64,000 nucleotides of DNA from Octopus sinensis (lineage: Eukaryota): positions 116,312,001 through 116,376,000 of the forward strand of contig NC_043002.1 of NCBI RefSeq assembly GCF_006345805.1, written 5' to 3'. Each line of letters begins with the position of its first letter. Within the stretch, counting starts at the first letter, position 1. Positions 12,678 to 25,899 of the stretch are shown piece by piece. The notes below the pieces were generated by a model. It made no database searches. It was not told the origin of the DNA and saw only the letters and a program-made list of their open reading frames with translations. The translations under genes and the position numbers were made by a program.

Positions 12678-13690
12678 TTAAAATATTTTAATGTTCTGAT
12701 TTTTGAATGACTGCAAGACACCTAACTCTAGACGATTATTTAGTAGATTTTTATTTTTTCTATACTTTAAGATCTCGTAGGTCTCCATAGAACAGAGTTG
12801 ACAGCCTACTCTATTATTTCCGTAAGGTATTGCCCTTCTAACTATTTCCCATTTTAGGTTATATTTAATATTATTAGTTTTGAGTTCCCAAATTTTGCTA
12901 GATAGTGTAGTGCAACCTGCCTTATGATCTAATCGGAAAGAGGAAAGATAATTGTCAATTATCTGTTTAAAATTAATTGAACAACCGATGTAAAAAAAGT
13001 TACTATTAGAAGTTATTATAGTACATTTATAGATTACATTTTGAACTGAACAACGACCAGATGCCGGACAATTTGATCTAATCCGACAATTGCAAATGGG
13101 GGGATAATTTTCAGATTTGGAATTATTTAAGGACAGTTCTCTCACATTGCTGTTATTCAAATTATTATAAATATTATTTTCATTATTGTAGGTAATATTG
13201 TTATCCAAAGTGGGGTTACTATTTATTGATCCATTCACACTATCATTCACATCTAACATAACAATACCTCTATTACCTACATTATTGTTATTGCTGTTAT
13301 TATTATTTGTATTTATATCAAAGTTATTATTACTGCTATAGATATTATTGCTATCATCATTTTTGGTATTATTTTTATTAATACTATCCCTATTTTTATC
13401 ATTATAATTATTTCTATTAATATTATTGATATTATTATTATTGTTGTTGCTCTCATTTTGATAATTATTATTATTATTATTTTTATTTTTGATACTATTA
13501 TTACAATTATTATTACTATTCATGTTGATACTAATCTTACTACTCCTGGCTAATTTAATGTTTTTACTATTAAGTCTAGCTATTATGGTGGACATATTTG
13601 GGAGGGTTGAATATGAAATCCTAACTGTTCTCTTAGAAATTATTCTATGATATTTATGAGAGGTTGGAAAATTTTTTTCTAGTATAGATT
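12678..13690 (-). mobile_element. Penelope-like element C-terminal part: RT thumb end, Asn-rich linker, GIY-YIG endonuclease
   Basis: Open frame [34 protein letters not shown] ... [52 protein letters not shown]. Confidence 0.88.
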
Positions 13691-13699
13691 TGAATCTAC

Positions 13700-13792
13700 T
13701 GTATACATTCGATATATATATATATATGTATATATGTAATATATATATGTATATATATATATATGTATATATGTATATAATATATATATATG

Positions 13793-13825
<33 letters not shown>

Positions 13826-13858
13826 GTATTATATGTATATATATTATATCATCATATG

Positions 13859-13892
<34 letters not shown>

Positions 13893-14502
13893 GTATATAT
13901 GTATATATATATATATCATCATATATGTATATATATATATATGTATAATTATATTATGTATATATGTATATATATATATGTAATATGATATATTATATAT
14001 ATGTATATATGTATATATTATATATATGTATATATGTATATATTATATATGTATATATGTATATATTATATATATGTATATATGTATATATTATATATAT
14101 GTATATATGTATATATTATATATATGTATATATGCATATAATATATATATGTATATATGTATTATATATATGTATAGATGTATATATATGTATATATGTA
14201 TATATATGTATATATATAGTATATATGTAATATATGTATATATATTATATATATGTATATTATATGTATAATATGTATATATGTATATATGTATATATAT
14301 GTATATATTATATATGTATATATGTATATATATATGTATATATGTAGATATATATATATATATATGATATATATCATATAGTATATGTATATATATATAT
14401 ATGTATATATATATAGTTATGTATATGTACAATATATATATATATATATATATATGTACATATATATATATATATATAATATATATATTATATGTATATA
14501 TA

Positions 14503-14567
<65 letters not shown>

Positions 14568-14634
14568 TAAATATATTAATATATATATGTAGATATATAT
14601 ATATAATAGTATATATATATATATATATATATTG

Positions 14635-14680
<46 letters not shown>

Positions 14681-14690
14681 TATATATATA
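13700..14690. repeat. About 1 kb (TA)n/(TATATG)n array
   Basis: Seen directly. Confidence 0.95.
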
Positions 14691-14728
14691 TGTATATGCA
14701 TGGCCGCAGCTCTGAGCTGAAACAAGCA

Positions 14729-14759
<31 letters not shown>

Positions 14760-14761
<2 letters not shown>

Positions 14762-16040
14762 TTGCTTGTTTCAGCTCAGTGCTGCGGCCATGCTGATGCA
14801 CCGCCGTTTTGTGCTACACTGTTATTACGAAGAACCTCCTCTAATATGTGGCACTTGGTGAAGAATGGAATTTGACATAGCTACTCTCATTTGCACCTCT
14901 TGCCGTGAGGTAGGTTCATCTGGGACTCTCGACAGGAAGATGTCAAGCTTTGATTTAAAAACTGCTACATCTACTTTGTGCAAGTTCCTCAGACTCTTTG
15001 GGAGAATATTAAAAAGCTGTGGGCCCTTGAAACCCAGGCTTTTTCAGAAGCTGGTCCTGAAGCGTGATGGCATTGCTGGGATCTTTGGCACTATGCAGTG
15101 TCGTCCCGTTCTAGCATTGGTGTAGCTTACAATGCCAAAATTTGGCACAATTCCTTTCAGGATCTTCAGACATATATTACTGCATACCTCTCCCGTCTTC
15201 TCTCTAGGGAGTAGAGTCTTAGCTGTTCTAACCTTTCCCAGTAGCTGAGCTGTTCCAAAGAGACGATCTTCTTTGTGAATCTTCTCTGGATTGCTTCAAG
15301 GTCCGCTGTTAATTTTACACTGGTGGGTGACCATAGCTGTGATCAGTAATCCAGGCGGCTGAGGACAAATGTCCGCCAGAGGACCATCATGGTTTCCTTA
15401 TCTCTGTTTCTGAATGTTCTTAGGATCCATCCAGCCAGTCGTCTGCACTTTGTCGCCATCCTGGTAATGTGCACTTGGAAAGAGATATCATCATGTCGAT
15501 ACCCAGGTCCCTCACGGACTTAGGCTCTGTGATTGAAATTCCCTGTGGACCGGTGTATCATGTGAGTTTAATATTCAGTTTTGGATGCTGGTAGCGCAGG
15601 GCCTGGAATTTTTCAGCATTAAACTGCATATTATTATCCTCAGCCCATCTGTAGATTGAGTCCAACTCCTGCTGCAGGTGTGCAATATCGCTGGGGTTCT
15701 GTATTTTCTGCGAGACTCTCGTATCGTCTGCATAACTTGCCAGAGTGGCTATCCGGGCATTTGAGGGCATATCTGAGAGGGCCACTATAAAAAACAGTGT
15801 CCTGTGGAACACCGCTCACTATTTGTGTGTTCATAGAGGTGGCTACATTAACCGCTACTGCCTGACTCCTATCTTTCAGGAAGTCAGGTAACCACACTCC
15901 AAGTTTTCCAGCTATGCCGAGGACACGCAGTTTGTGGCATATCATACCATGATCCACCTTGTCAACAGCTTTTGCAAAATCAAGGTAGATTACGTCCACA
16001 TTTGATTTGTTGAGTAACTGCCTCAACACCCAGTCATAAT
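14760..16040 (-). mobile_element. CR1-clade LINE, 5'-truncated RT plus 3' end
   Basis: VDVIYLDFAKAVDKVDHG, SGVPQDTV, YADDT and WAEDNNMQFNAEKFQ. The sequence continues to a 3' tail ggcggtgcatcagcatggccgcag..ctgaaacaag. Confidence 0.9.
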
Positions 16041-16059
16041 GTTGTAAGAGCTGGGTCAG

Positions 16060-16078
16060 GCATATATGTATATATGTA

Positions 16079-16134
<56 letters not shown>

Positions 16135-16156
16135 GTATATACATACATACATATAC

Positions 16157-16195
<39 letters not shown>

Positions 16196-16830
16196 GCATA
16201 TATATATTCATATATGTATATACATACATGCATATATATATCCATATATATATATATACATGTATATATACATACAGGCATATATATATTCATATACATA
16301 TATATAAATACATGTATATATATTTATATATATATGTACATATATATATATACATACATGCATATATATATTCATATATACATATGCATATATATACATA
16401 TAGCTATATACGTGTGTGTGTGTGCGCGCGTCTGTGTGTGTGTGTGATCTTGTATTTTAATTATTTGAAAACTGGTGACTAATGAGCCCAGCTCTTCATA
16501 AACTTACACGACCGCAAATATTGTAGACCAACCATCTCCCATTCATATACATAAATACATACATACATACATACATACATACATACATACATACATACAT
16601 ACATACATACACATAAAACAAAACATACAAATCTGCATTTATACATATATACATACTTACATACATGCATACATACACACATATATGTATATATATCATT
16701 ACATATATTTCCTTACCCGCACAATCTGAAAACCTTTGAGCACAACTAAGCCTATTCTCTATGGAGAATATCTGATTCTCATCTATGAACTATATATATA
16801 TATATTTATACACACACACACACACAATAT

Positions 16831-16891
<61 letters not shown>

Positions 16892-17146
16892 AATATATAT
16901 ATATATACACATATATATACACATATATACACACATATATACACACACATATATATATACATATATGTGCACACATATATATATATATATATACATATAT
17001 ATATGCAAATATATATATATATACATATATATACACATGTATATATACATATATATGCACACATATATATACATATATTACATATATATATATATATTTA
17101 TATATATATATATTATATATATATACATACATATATATATACTTAC

Positions 17147-17205
<59 letters not shown>

Positions 17206-17360
17206 CATATATATATACATATATATATATATACATACATATGTATATGCATACATATATACATACATACATATATACATATATATATATACATATGTAT
17301 ATATGTACATATATATGCACACATACACACACACATATATGCATATGCATATACACACGC
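16060..17360. repeat. Two large (TA)n/(TACA)n arrays (16060-16410 and 16790-17360)
   Basis: Seen directly. Confidence 0.95.
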
Positions 17361-17369
17361 ATAATATTA

Positions 17370-17540
17370 TTAGCAGAACTGTCAGCACGCTGGACGATAT
17401 GCTCAGCGGTATTCCGCCCGTCGCTGCGTTCTGAGTTCAAATTCCGCCGAGGTCAACTTTACCTTTCATCCTTTCGAGGTGGATAAATTAAGCGGCAGTT
17501 AAGTACTGAAGTCGATGTAATCGACTATCCCCTCTGCCAA
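17370..17540 (+). mobile_element. tRNA-derived SINE, family B
   Basis: gcagaactgtcagcacgctgg...gagttcaaattccgccgaggtcaactttacctttcatcctttcgaggtggataaa. It has A/B-box-like motifs and recurs at 35.1-36.6 kb and 58.0 kb. Confidence 0.8.
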
Positions 17541-19419
17541 GGCTATATATACATACATACATATGTAATATATATATATATAGACACATATACATACATA
17601 TACATATATATATATATATTTATATATATATACATATATACATATATAAATATATACACATATATACATATAAATATAAACATATATATATATTGAAGTT
17701 TGTTTCTTGACGCACAGCAAAACACTTGAAAAAAAGAAAATTCTAAATTCAAATCCGTAAATTTATTGGTGTTTTTTTTTTTAGTTTAATCAGCTTGTGT
17801 TTAATCATTCTAATGATACATAGATGTGTCATATGAGATGCCTATTGTCTGATATGATGGAACAGTCATCATCTTATATGTATTACTTACATATGTATGC
17901 ATTTATTGAAATACGCGATGTCAGTATAACAACATGTTACAACGGACGAGTTATAGTGATATAATTAATATTAATTTAAATATGCTAAAATAGTTACTAG
18001 GATATAATTGATTATTAAAAACACTATTAAGCAAAATACACTTTAAATAGTAATCGTCGCTTCTCCATTCAGTCATATGCTGTCAATAACATTTGATTGA
18101 TATTATCGTCTAAGCTAATATCCTATTAAAAATCCTTGACATCATAATGTAATGTATATTGGCTGGATATCACATCTTAAGTGATCATAGAAATCAATCT
18201 TGAACATGTGTAGCAAGCGTCTTTCGATAGAGCTATTCTGTTAAGCTGTGATTATTTGCAGTGTATCGTTTTCCAATTTCTGACAATCATTCACTTTTTT
18301 TTATAGAAAGTTATTTGTAGAAAACAAATATATACATATTTCAAACGTAAAATTTTCAGTTACGTGTGGTATAAATATCGTATTTCACGATTGATAAAAT
18401 ACCATGTATTATCTTATACATATATCGGATGGCAAGAACTACAACAATTTCAAGTAAGCATTAACTTAAGGCTGTCTCTAAAAATATATATTAATCTTGA
18501 ATGTTAAAGAATTGATTGTTAGATGTATGCAGAAATATAGAAATTCCGAATATCAATGTAAGCCACCAGAAAAAGCAAACATTGTATTCTAATTCATTCT
18601 AAAATCACCATCTTTATTATATCAATTCAGTCACTGGTTCAAAATGCTTTGTGAAGAAGTTGATGTCTTTTGTTCAGTAAGTTTTAATTGATTTATATTT
18701 ATATTTTGAAGTTATTTGATGGATGAAAGAAGCTACGATGTGTATTACACATCTAGTTAGAAACATTTAATTAATATATAACTAACTGCACCCGTGGAAA
18801 TTCCACGGTTGTTTTGAAAACCATTAGATAGGTGGAAGTGTATAAAGAACAATGGAATACATACATTGTTTCTTTTGAAATTATATATTGAAATACACAA
18901 TTTCTTTAGAAATTGTGTATTTCTTAGACGGTATAAAAAACCACACAAGTAGTACAGAATGTGCAGTCTTAGATGACAACATTTCTGAAAGCACTATTCC
19001 TTGTTATACATTGGCTACTCCTACCTTGAATGATGTTATCATTACTATGGAATAAAATCGAAGACATAAACTATCTATGAAATTATTCTGCTATTGGAAA
19101 ACTACATTCGTAAAACTTTAATAAGCTGCATTACATCCATATTTTCATATCAGAGAAAAGTTCCTACGGCTAGATTTGAACAGAGTCACAACGAACGAAA
19201 TACATTAGCTGCTTCACTGAGCTGATGATTCTTCAGAATCATATCACTTATACACAAGTAGGGATGGCGGCATAACTAAAAAGTTTGCTTCTTAACCTTG
19301 TTGTTTTTGGTTTGGTCCCACCGCATAGCAACTCGGGCAAGTGTTTTCTACTATAATGTCGAGTAGATAAATAATTTATGCAAAATTTGTTAGATTAAAA
19401 ACAGCTTGAAATCTCATTG

Positions 19420-19450
<31 letters not shown>

Positions 19451-19470
19451 GCATGCATGCATGTGTGCGC

Positions 19471-19506
<36 letters not shown>

Positions 19507-19993
19507 GGAGGTTTGTATGCGTGAGTGCTCATATGTTTATGCCGTTTGAATTAGCATACGTTGTTGAGGCATCATAAGGTGACGTTCGACATATACACAT
19601 TGATGAAATAAGTACCAAACTAAAAAATAATTACTGGCTAAATCCTTGAAGGCATTCCAATAATCGGGGAAAGACCAATTTAAAATACTTAGTCTCATGG
19701 AAATATAAATGATATCTATCAGATTATGTCTTCGATTGCGTTCCATAGTTTGGAGCGTGTCACGAAATATAGGTAGGTGTGTAGTAACTATTGTATTAAT
19801 ACACAAATAAAAAAGTTAATTAACTGAAGCGACATCAGCTTCTATCCAGTCTAACGTGTGACTATGCCTTTTTAATAGTGGGGGTAAAATGAATTACTGG
19901 ATAATAAAATAAATCAGAAAAATAACTGAAATTATTCAGGGTTTCACTGAATGTTTGTTTAAATATGTGCGGATAATTCTTTTGTGTTCAGTT

Positions 19994-20222
19994 TTACTTC
20001 GGTACTTTGCTTAAAAACACTCTGTTTTTACCGACCATGATTCCTTGTTGCGCTATTAAAACCTTCGATTTTAGATAAAACTTCTTGAAGAGAAAAAATG
20101 CTGTGGCACATACAAGCCCCCCACAAAGCATGATAAAGGCACCAGCAACGTGGCCTACATCAAATTGTTCCAAACGCAATTTATCTGATTTTTTATGACA
20201 TCGATTAAGATCCTGCCACCAC
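19994..20222 (-). CDS. iGluR-family receptor, last coding exon (end of S2, M4, short C-tail)
   Basis: Acceptor ttttactttcag|. Phase 2 joins to the previous exon: R-WWQDLNRCHKKSDKLRLEQFDVGHVAGAFIMLCGGLVCATAFFLFKKF...KVPK*. The WW..C motif and M4 are present. A further alternative tail exon cannot be excluded. Confidence 0.9.
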
Positions 20223-21019
20223 CTGAAAGTAAAAGAATAAAATATTGAAACATTTTCTTTCAGGTAGAATTAATAAGTTCGGTACTTTCAAAACACGAAG
20301 TTAAGCAACAATGTTTAACACACACACACACACACGCACGTGCGCGCAAACAGGGGGCCCTTTGTGGAATTTTAATGTTCTCAGCATTAATTATGCTAAT
20401 ACTAATTTAGCCGTGGTTTTTCGGTCAGATAACGACTTAGAATAATTTATTCTTTGAGTTTTTACCTTTTCAGACATACATGTGTGCAGTATTGTACATT
20501 TACTTAAAGGACCTCTTATAACTACATAAGCAAGTGCGGTGAACCCTATGCTTCACAGAGGGTATTATTAGAATAATACTGAAATACGCCTAGATTTATC
20601 TCATGTATTTTCCGAAATATGATAATATTAGTGACTTCTACTAATAACAGTTTCTTGTTGAGATTTGATGCTCGCAGCATTAGGTATGCTAACACCAACT
20701 AAACTATTATCTAAAAAATGAACTAAGTTAACAGAGTGACTACAAATCCTATTACCGGTAAACCGAAGTTATTTTTTTCTGTAATGATATTTTTCTTAAA
20801 TTTGTTTTGAGTTGACTAAATGAACATCATCCAAGGTAGGCTTAACTATACATGCCAAAAACGTAATAGGTAAATATTTATATCCTAAATATTGTTTACG
20901 CGAGTATTCAACTCATTGTCTATCTCTAAATCCTTCCTCCGACCATTCAACTGTTCAATTGTCCGTTCAGGCAGACTCTCACTCTTAACTGGCGATGCCA
21001 TTCGATCGGCTTTACTTAC

Positions 21020-21810
21020 CGCTTGTTCATTTTCTCGATCAGTCCTTCTTCCTTCATTTTTAAGAGTTCAATATTAATTTTTGTCTTGTAGAGAGCATTT
21101 TCTTTCATAGCAATGCCATGTTCCATAATGAATACAGGTGTACCAACTTTGAGAGTATCACAATAAGTCATCGAAGCATGAGAAATAATTTGGTAGTCGA
21201 AGACAAACGCAAAGACGGAACTGTTGACGGTTTCGATCGCAGCAGTTGCATTCAAAAATACCCCTTTCTCCTCCATTCGGTCATAGAGCCTAGGGTACAT
21301 ATTACGTATTACTGACATTGTATTAGAGTCTTTTACTGTGCCCCATGGCATAGAAGATACTTCGAGATCTTCCAGAGAGTTTATAGGTTTTTCCAAACTC
21401 GGCATCGTAAGGAAAGCAGCTAAATTCGCTGTGTAAGTAGAAACAATGACTAAAACGAAGAAAGTGTAACCCGCTGTTAGAATTCGTTGTGAAGTTCGAT
21501 TTGGTGAAAAATCGGTCCCTCTTGTCATGAGTGTGCCAATTGAGAACCACAGTGTCTCTTTAACTGTAAACTTACGTTCTTGATTAGGATAATCAAGTAT
21601 AATAAACAAAATGCTCACGCCAACCACCGTGCCGAATATTGCCATCCATAAATGTGTTGAGAAGGACACAAGAAACTGGAAAATGTGCTGAGTTCCTCGT
21701 GGCCTATTGATAAGTATGGTTATACCAGTTGTCATTATTCCAAGGCTAAAATCAACAACTTTATCTCGTTCAGATGTCACTGATAAAGCCCCAACTCCGA
21801 GGTCAGCTTG
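21020..21810 (-). CDS. iGluR-family receptor core exon (end of S1, M1, M2 pore loop, M3, S2)
   Basis: tttgtag|CAAGCT...AAGCG|gtaagt, 791 nt. QADLGVGALSVTSERDKVVDFS, WFSIGTLMTRGTDFSP, TYTANLAAFLT, WGTVKDSNT, FAFVFD, YCD. Confidence 0.96.
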
Positions 21811-21898
21811 CTACAAATATAAACAAAAATATTCCTTATTCTTGTTACAATTTTACATGACTACATATATCTCTCCACAACCGATAAAATAGACAAAT

Positions 21899-21948
<50 letters not shown>

Positions 21949-22790
21949 GTGTGTGTGTGTGTGTGCGTGCGTGTGTGTGTGTGTGTGTACGTGTGTGTGC
22001 TTGTGTGTGCGTGTGTGTACGTGTGCATGTGTGAATGTGTGAGTGTGTGTGGGTGTATACGAACGAAAAAAAAAGAGCACTTAATACGTTTCGTTGAATT
22101 TACATTGATTTGCATTAACAATTTGACATGAAATCGCATTTTCGTGATTTTCTTTACTCGTGTGAGATTTCGAGGGAAAATAGCCCGAAATATCTGGAAT
22201 TCCAACCAAAATATCATTTGGATATTAGTTCTTAATAAGACATATTTATGCTATTAACATAAAAAAAGTTGCATGTAAAGTTGTAGGAATATACATGAAG
22301 GTTGAAGTAGATTTGAAATGTAGCTTTGAATCACCGATCTGCTATTTTCTGATTGCTTATTTCAAATTATGTTTGAGCGATTAATATTACAAAATAACGA
22401 AATAACATTTGAATCGCACGGCTTGTATCTTGTAGACGACAATTTCACGTTCATTCGGCTCTGGTTTGTCTGCAAGGGCTCTCAGAGAAAGAAGCAAGCA
22501 ATTAGTGATCACACTCAGGAATTTTTGTCAAGATTATTTTTTGGCAAACCGAGATGACCGGTTATGGGTCATAGCCGAAGAACTGGTTAAATGTAGTCAT
22601 TAATTAATTTCGGTGATAGAACATACAGACTTTTCGATAATGCTGATAAAGTAAAAATACGAATGATTTTTAAAATAAATTTCCTAGCAATTAACTTTAG
22701 GTTTTAAAAAATACCGCAGGTAAATTTAAACTGGTGAGCTGGTTATGTTGCCTCTATTAAGTAAAGGGGTAAGAGAAATAAGATACTAAC

Positions 22791-22973
22791 ATTTGTTCTG
22801 ATGGCTTCAATCATTCCATTCCAATTACCATCTGAATCCTTTATTCCATAAGAATCGACGATCTTTAATTCGTATTTAAACGATAACCGGCGTTTTAACT
22901 CATTTATCAAATCAATTGTAAATCCGGTATAATTTCCATTTGTTCCATTTGTTTTGAATACAAACGGTCGCTC
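22791..22973 (-). CDS. iGluR exon (S1)
   Basis: attgtag|...|gttagt, 183 nt, phase 0/0. ERPFVFKTNGTNGNYTGFTIDLINELKRRLSFKYELKIVDSYGIKDSDGNWNGMIEAIRTN. Confidence 0.93.
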
Positions 22974-23147
22974 CTACAATAAAAATAGCAAATTAAATAT
23001 TAACACTGAAGTTCTGATTAGTTATAATAGTTTTCGTCGACTATAGACGTTTATCTATTACGAGATTTTCTTAAATATGCAACAGGTCATTAGACATAGA
23101 GTATCATAGGTCACGAAATTCTATCTTTCCACATAAGATAAACGTAC

Positions 23148-23273
23148 CTCTACAGCCATTATAATCTGTGTTTTGGCAAACAAGCCCTTCGAACGAATGG
23201 AATCACTGTTGTTTGTTTCAATGAATGTCAGCCTTTCTCGAGAAGAATTCTTATCTGGCGTCCATATTCCGAT
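23148..23273 (-). CDS. iGluR exon (ATD-S1 linker)
   Basis: gttttag|...|gtacgt, 126 nt, phase 0/0. IGIWTPDKNSSRERLTFIETNNSDSIRSKGLFAKTQIIMAVE. Confidence 0.85.
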
Positions 23274-24607
23274 CTAAAACATAGTACAAATACGAAATCT
23301 TATAAATTAAGATCTGAAACAAGAATGTTGAAAAATTGACGAAATCAGTTTTAGATTAAATAAAGATCATTGAAGTCTGTAAAAAGCTTATTATTTTGGT
23401 TACGGATTCATCTTGCAGTGCAAAATATTCCGTATTGCATTTATATATTAACGAAATTGTATAAGTAAATTCGAAAGAATTTCTCAATAATTTAGGATCT
23501 AGATAATTCTAACACCTGAGTGATGTTGCTGAAGTTCATATGCTATATGAGGATTAATTATTATACTTGACAACTGTTTTACTAATGATGTGTATTTCAT
23601 TTTGTTTTTGAACGAATAACTATATATAAATAAGTATAGTTATTGGATGGGGTGGGGGTGGAGGTCATGCTTGGAAGGGAAGCAACATCTTATTTAAAAA
23701 TGTTTAATTCAATTTTTTAAAATGTATATATACGTTTAGTTATTTATCAGTCTCCTTTGGTTGATGTTCTTAAAGTCAATCTTAGTTCGTATTTGACATA
23801 GCAGGAGAGTGGAAAGGTCTTTAATAACTAAGAACCCGTAAACATTCTGAAGTAACTAGGGGTATAATAACGATTTCTCACACAAGGCTAAACGTTTTAG
23901 GAGAAAGTAAAGTACGTGCTTGACATTTTATTTTAAATAGTCCGGAAGAAGGAAATGTAAAATTGAACTTGACGTGATTTGAACTAAAGATGTAACGAGC
24001 CTGGAAGAAATAACACGAAAGTATTTTGTCCAACGTACTAAATGGTTCTGTCGATCACATTGAACAGGGACATAATATCACCATTGTACCATTATATGGA
24101 ATGTACCCTACAGACATATATTGATTAATAAGTTAACTACCATAAAACTTTGTCATAAAGTATATATTTCAAGTAATACAATACATTAGATGCCATGGAG
24201 TTCAAGGATTTCCAGAGAACAGTATTGGATTGATGACTAAAAGACAGCACGATGCAATTCGTACCTTGTCACCGTAGCCTCGTCTGTGTTGTGATGCGCC
24301 TGTAAAAGACGCTAAATTCCTTGTAACCAAGTGTGCATCACACCAAGTATGTGGAACCAGAGTGGTGGCATAATTTCCTGCTAAAAGTATGCATTGACTT
24401 TGCGCTAAAACTGACGGAAGCTCGCAACTACCGAATTCAATACGTCGTGCGGAAAATCGTTTTTCCTGATAGACATATAGCCAAGTCAGAAAACAAAAAA
24501 AATCTCTCATCAGCTCAACGCAACTGAAGCAGTTTATAGTAAATGTAACAGATTATTTGGTAGATACGGGAGAGATAAAAAAGAACAAAGAAAAAGTGTT
24601 GATTTAC

Positions 24608-24712
24608 CGCCTTGTTATCTTGACTATGTTGGTACAGATGTAAGGAATAGTTTTTCCGCTCACCAGTGGCGTTAAAAGCAATCCATCCTGTTTTACCATC
24701 TTCAATCACCAC
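24608..24712 (-). CDS. iGluR exon (end of ATD)
   Basis: ttccgtcag|...|gtaaat, 105 nt. VVIEDGKTGWIAFNATGERKNYSLHLYQHSQDNKA fits the GxTGxIxFxxxGxRxNY ATD motif. Confidence 0.9.
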
Positions 24713-24850
24713 CTGACGGAAAGAACTTCAAATATTAATCCTAATGTCTCGAAGGGCTATCATAGAGTATGATTTATACAAATGCACCATATTTTTTGCT
24801 ATGCTTCGTACAAATACATCTCTTAGAAGAACGTAATGACATTATTTTGC

Positions 24851-24918
<68 letters not shown>

Positions 24919-24919
<1 letters not shown>

Positions 24920-25144
24920 TATACATATACATGTATTCATGTGTGTGTGTGTGTGCGTGCGTATGGTGTTAGAATTTTAAAAGTTTGCGTGACATGAAAT
25001 GAATGACTTTTGACGGTGGACGTCGACGATTAAAACTTCCTTGAATGGACAGCTTTCGAATTTTCCAACCAAGGCTTTTTTAAACCCACAATTTACACGC
25101 TCTTGTTTATAGCTTTATCTAATTTGAGTTCCATTGCTAAAATG

Positions 25145-25194
<50 letters not shown>

Positions 25195-25245
25195 CACGCA
25201 CTCGCGTTAATGATTTTTTCTTGTGTTTTTCTGTTATTTTTTGAT

Positions 25246-25282
<37 letters not shown>

Positions 25283-25526
25283 TTTTATCAATGGAACTCA
25301 AATTAGATAAAGCTATAAACAAGAGCGTGTAAATTGTGGATTTAAAAAAGCCTTGGTTGGAAAATTAGAAAGCTGTCCATTCAAGGAGTTTTAATCGTCG
25401 ACGTCCACCATCAAAAATCATTCATTTCATGTCACGCAAACTTTTAAAATTTTAACACCATACGCGCACACACACGCACACTCGCGCGCGCACACACACG
25501 CGCGCACACACACACATGAATACATG

Positions 25527-25537
<11 letters not shown>
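24919..25537. repeat. Long inverted repeat (core arms 24961-25146 and 25278-25463) in an iGluR intron
   Basis: The arms are near-perfect reverse complements over about 185 nt of unique sequence, with only a handful of mismatches. Pairing extends into the flanking microsatellites. Confidence 0.92.
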
Positions 25538-25604
<67 letters not shown>

Positions 25605-25611
25605 CACCTAT

Positions 25612-25680
<69 letters not shown>

Positions 25681-25899
25681 TTACCTCCCCGGAGAAGAGG
25701 TTAAGGTGGACAAGTGAAACAGTTTACAGTTGCCGAACTCCGTACCTGAGGTTTAATCAGCTCGTAAGTTCGTGTACTACTCTACCGTAACAGCTAGCTA
25801 CTACTGCTCACCTTAAGTCTCTGCAGTAAGTTCCTAGATGATGGAGATCGGCTTAAACCAGCGATGTATGAGTTGTGAAGCACGGACACTAACGTTAAA

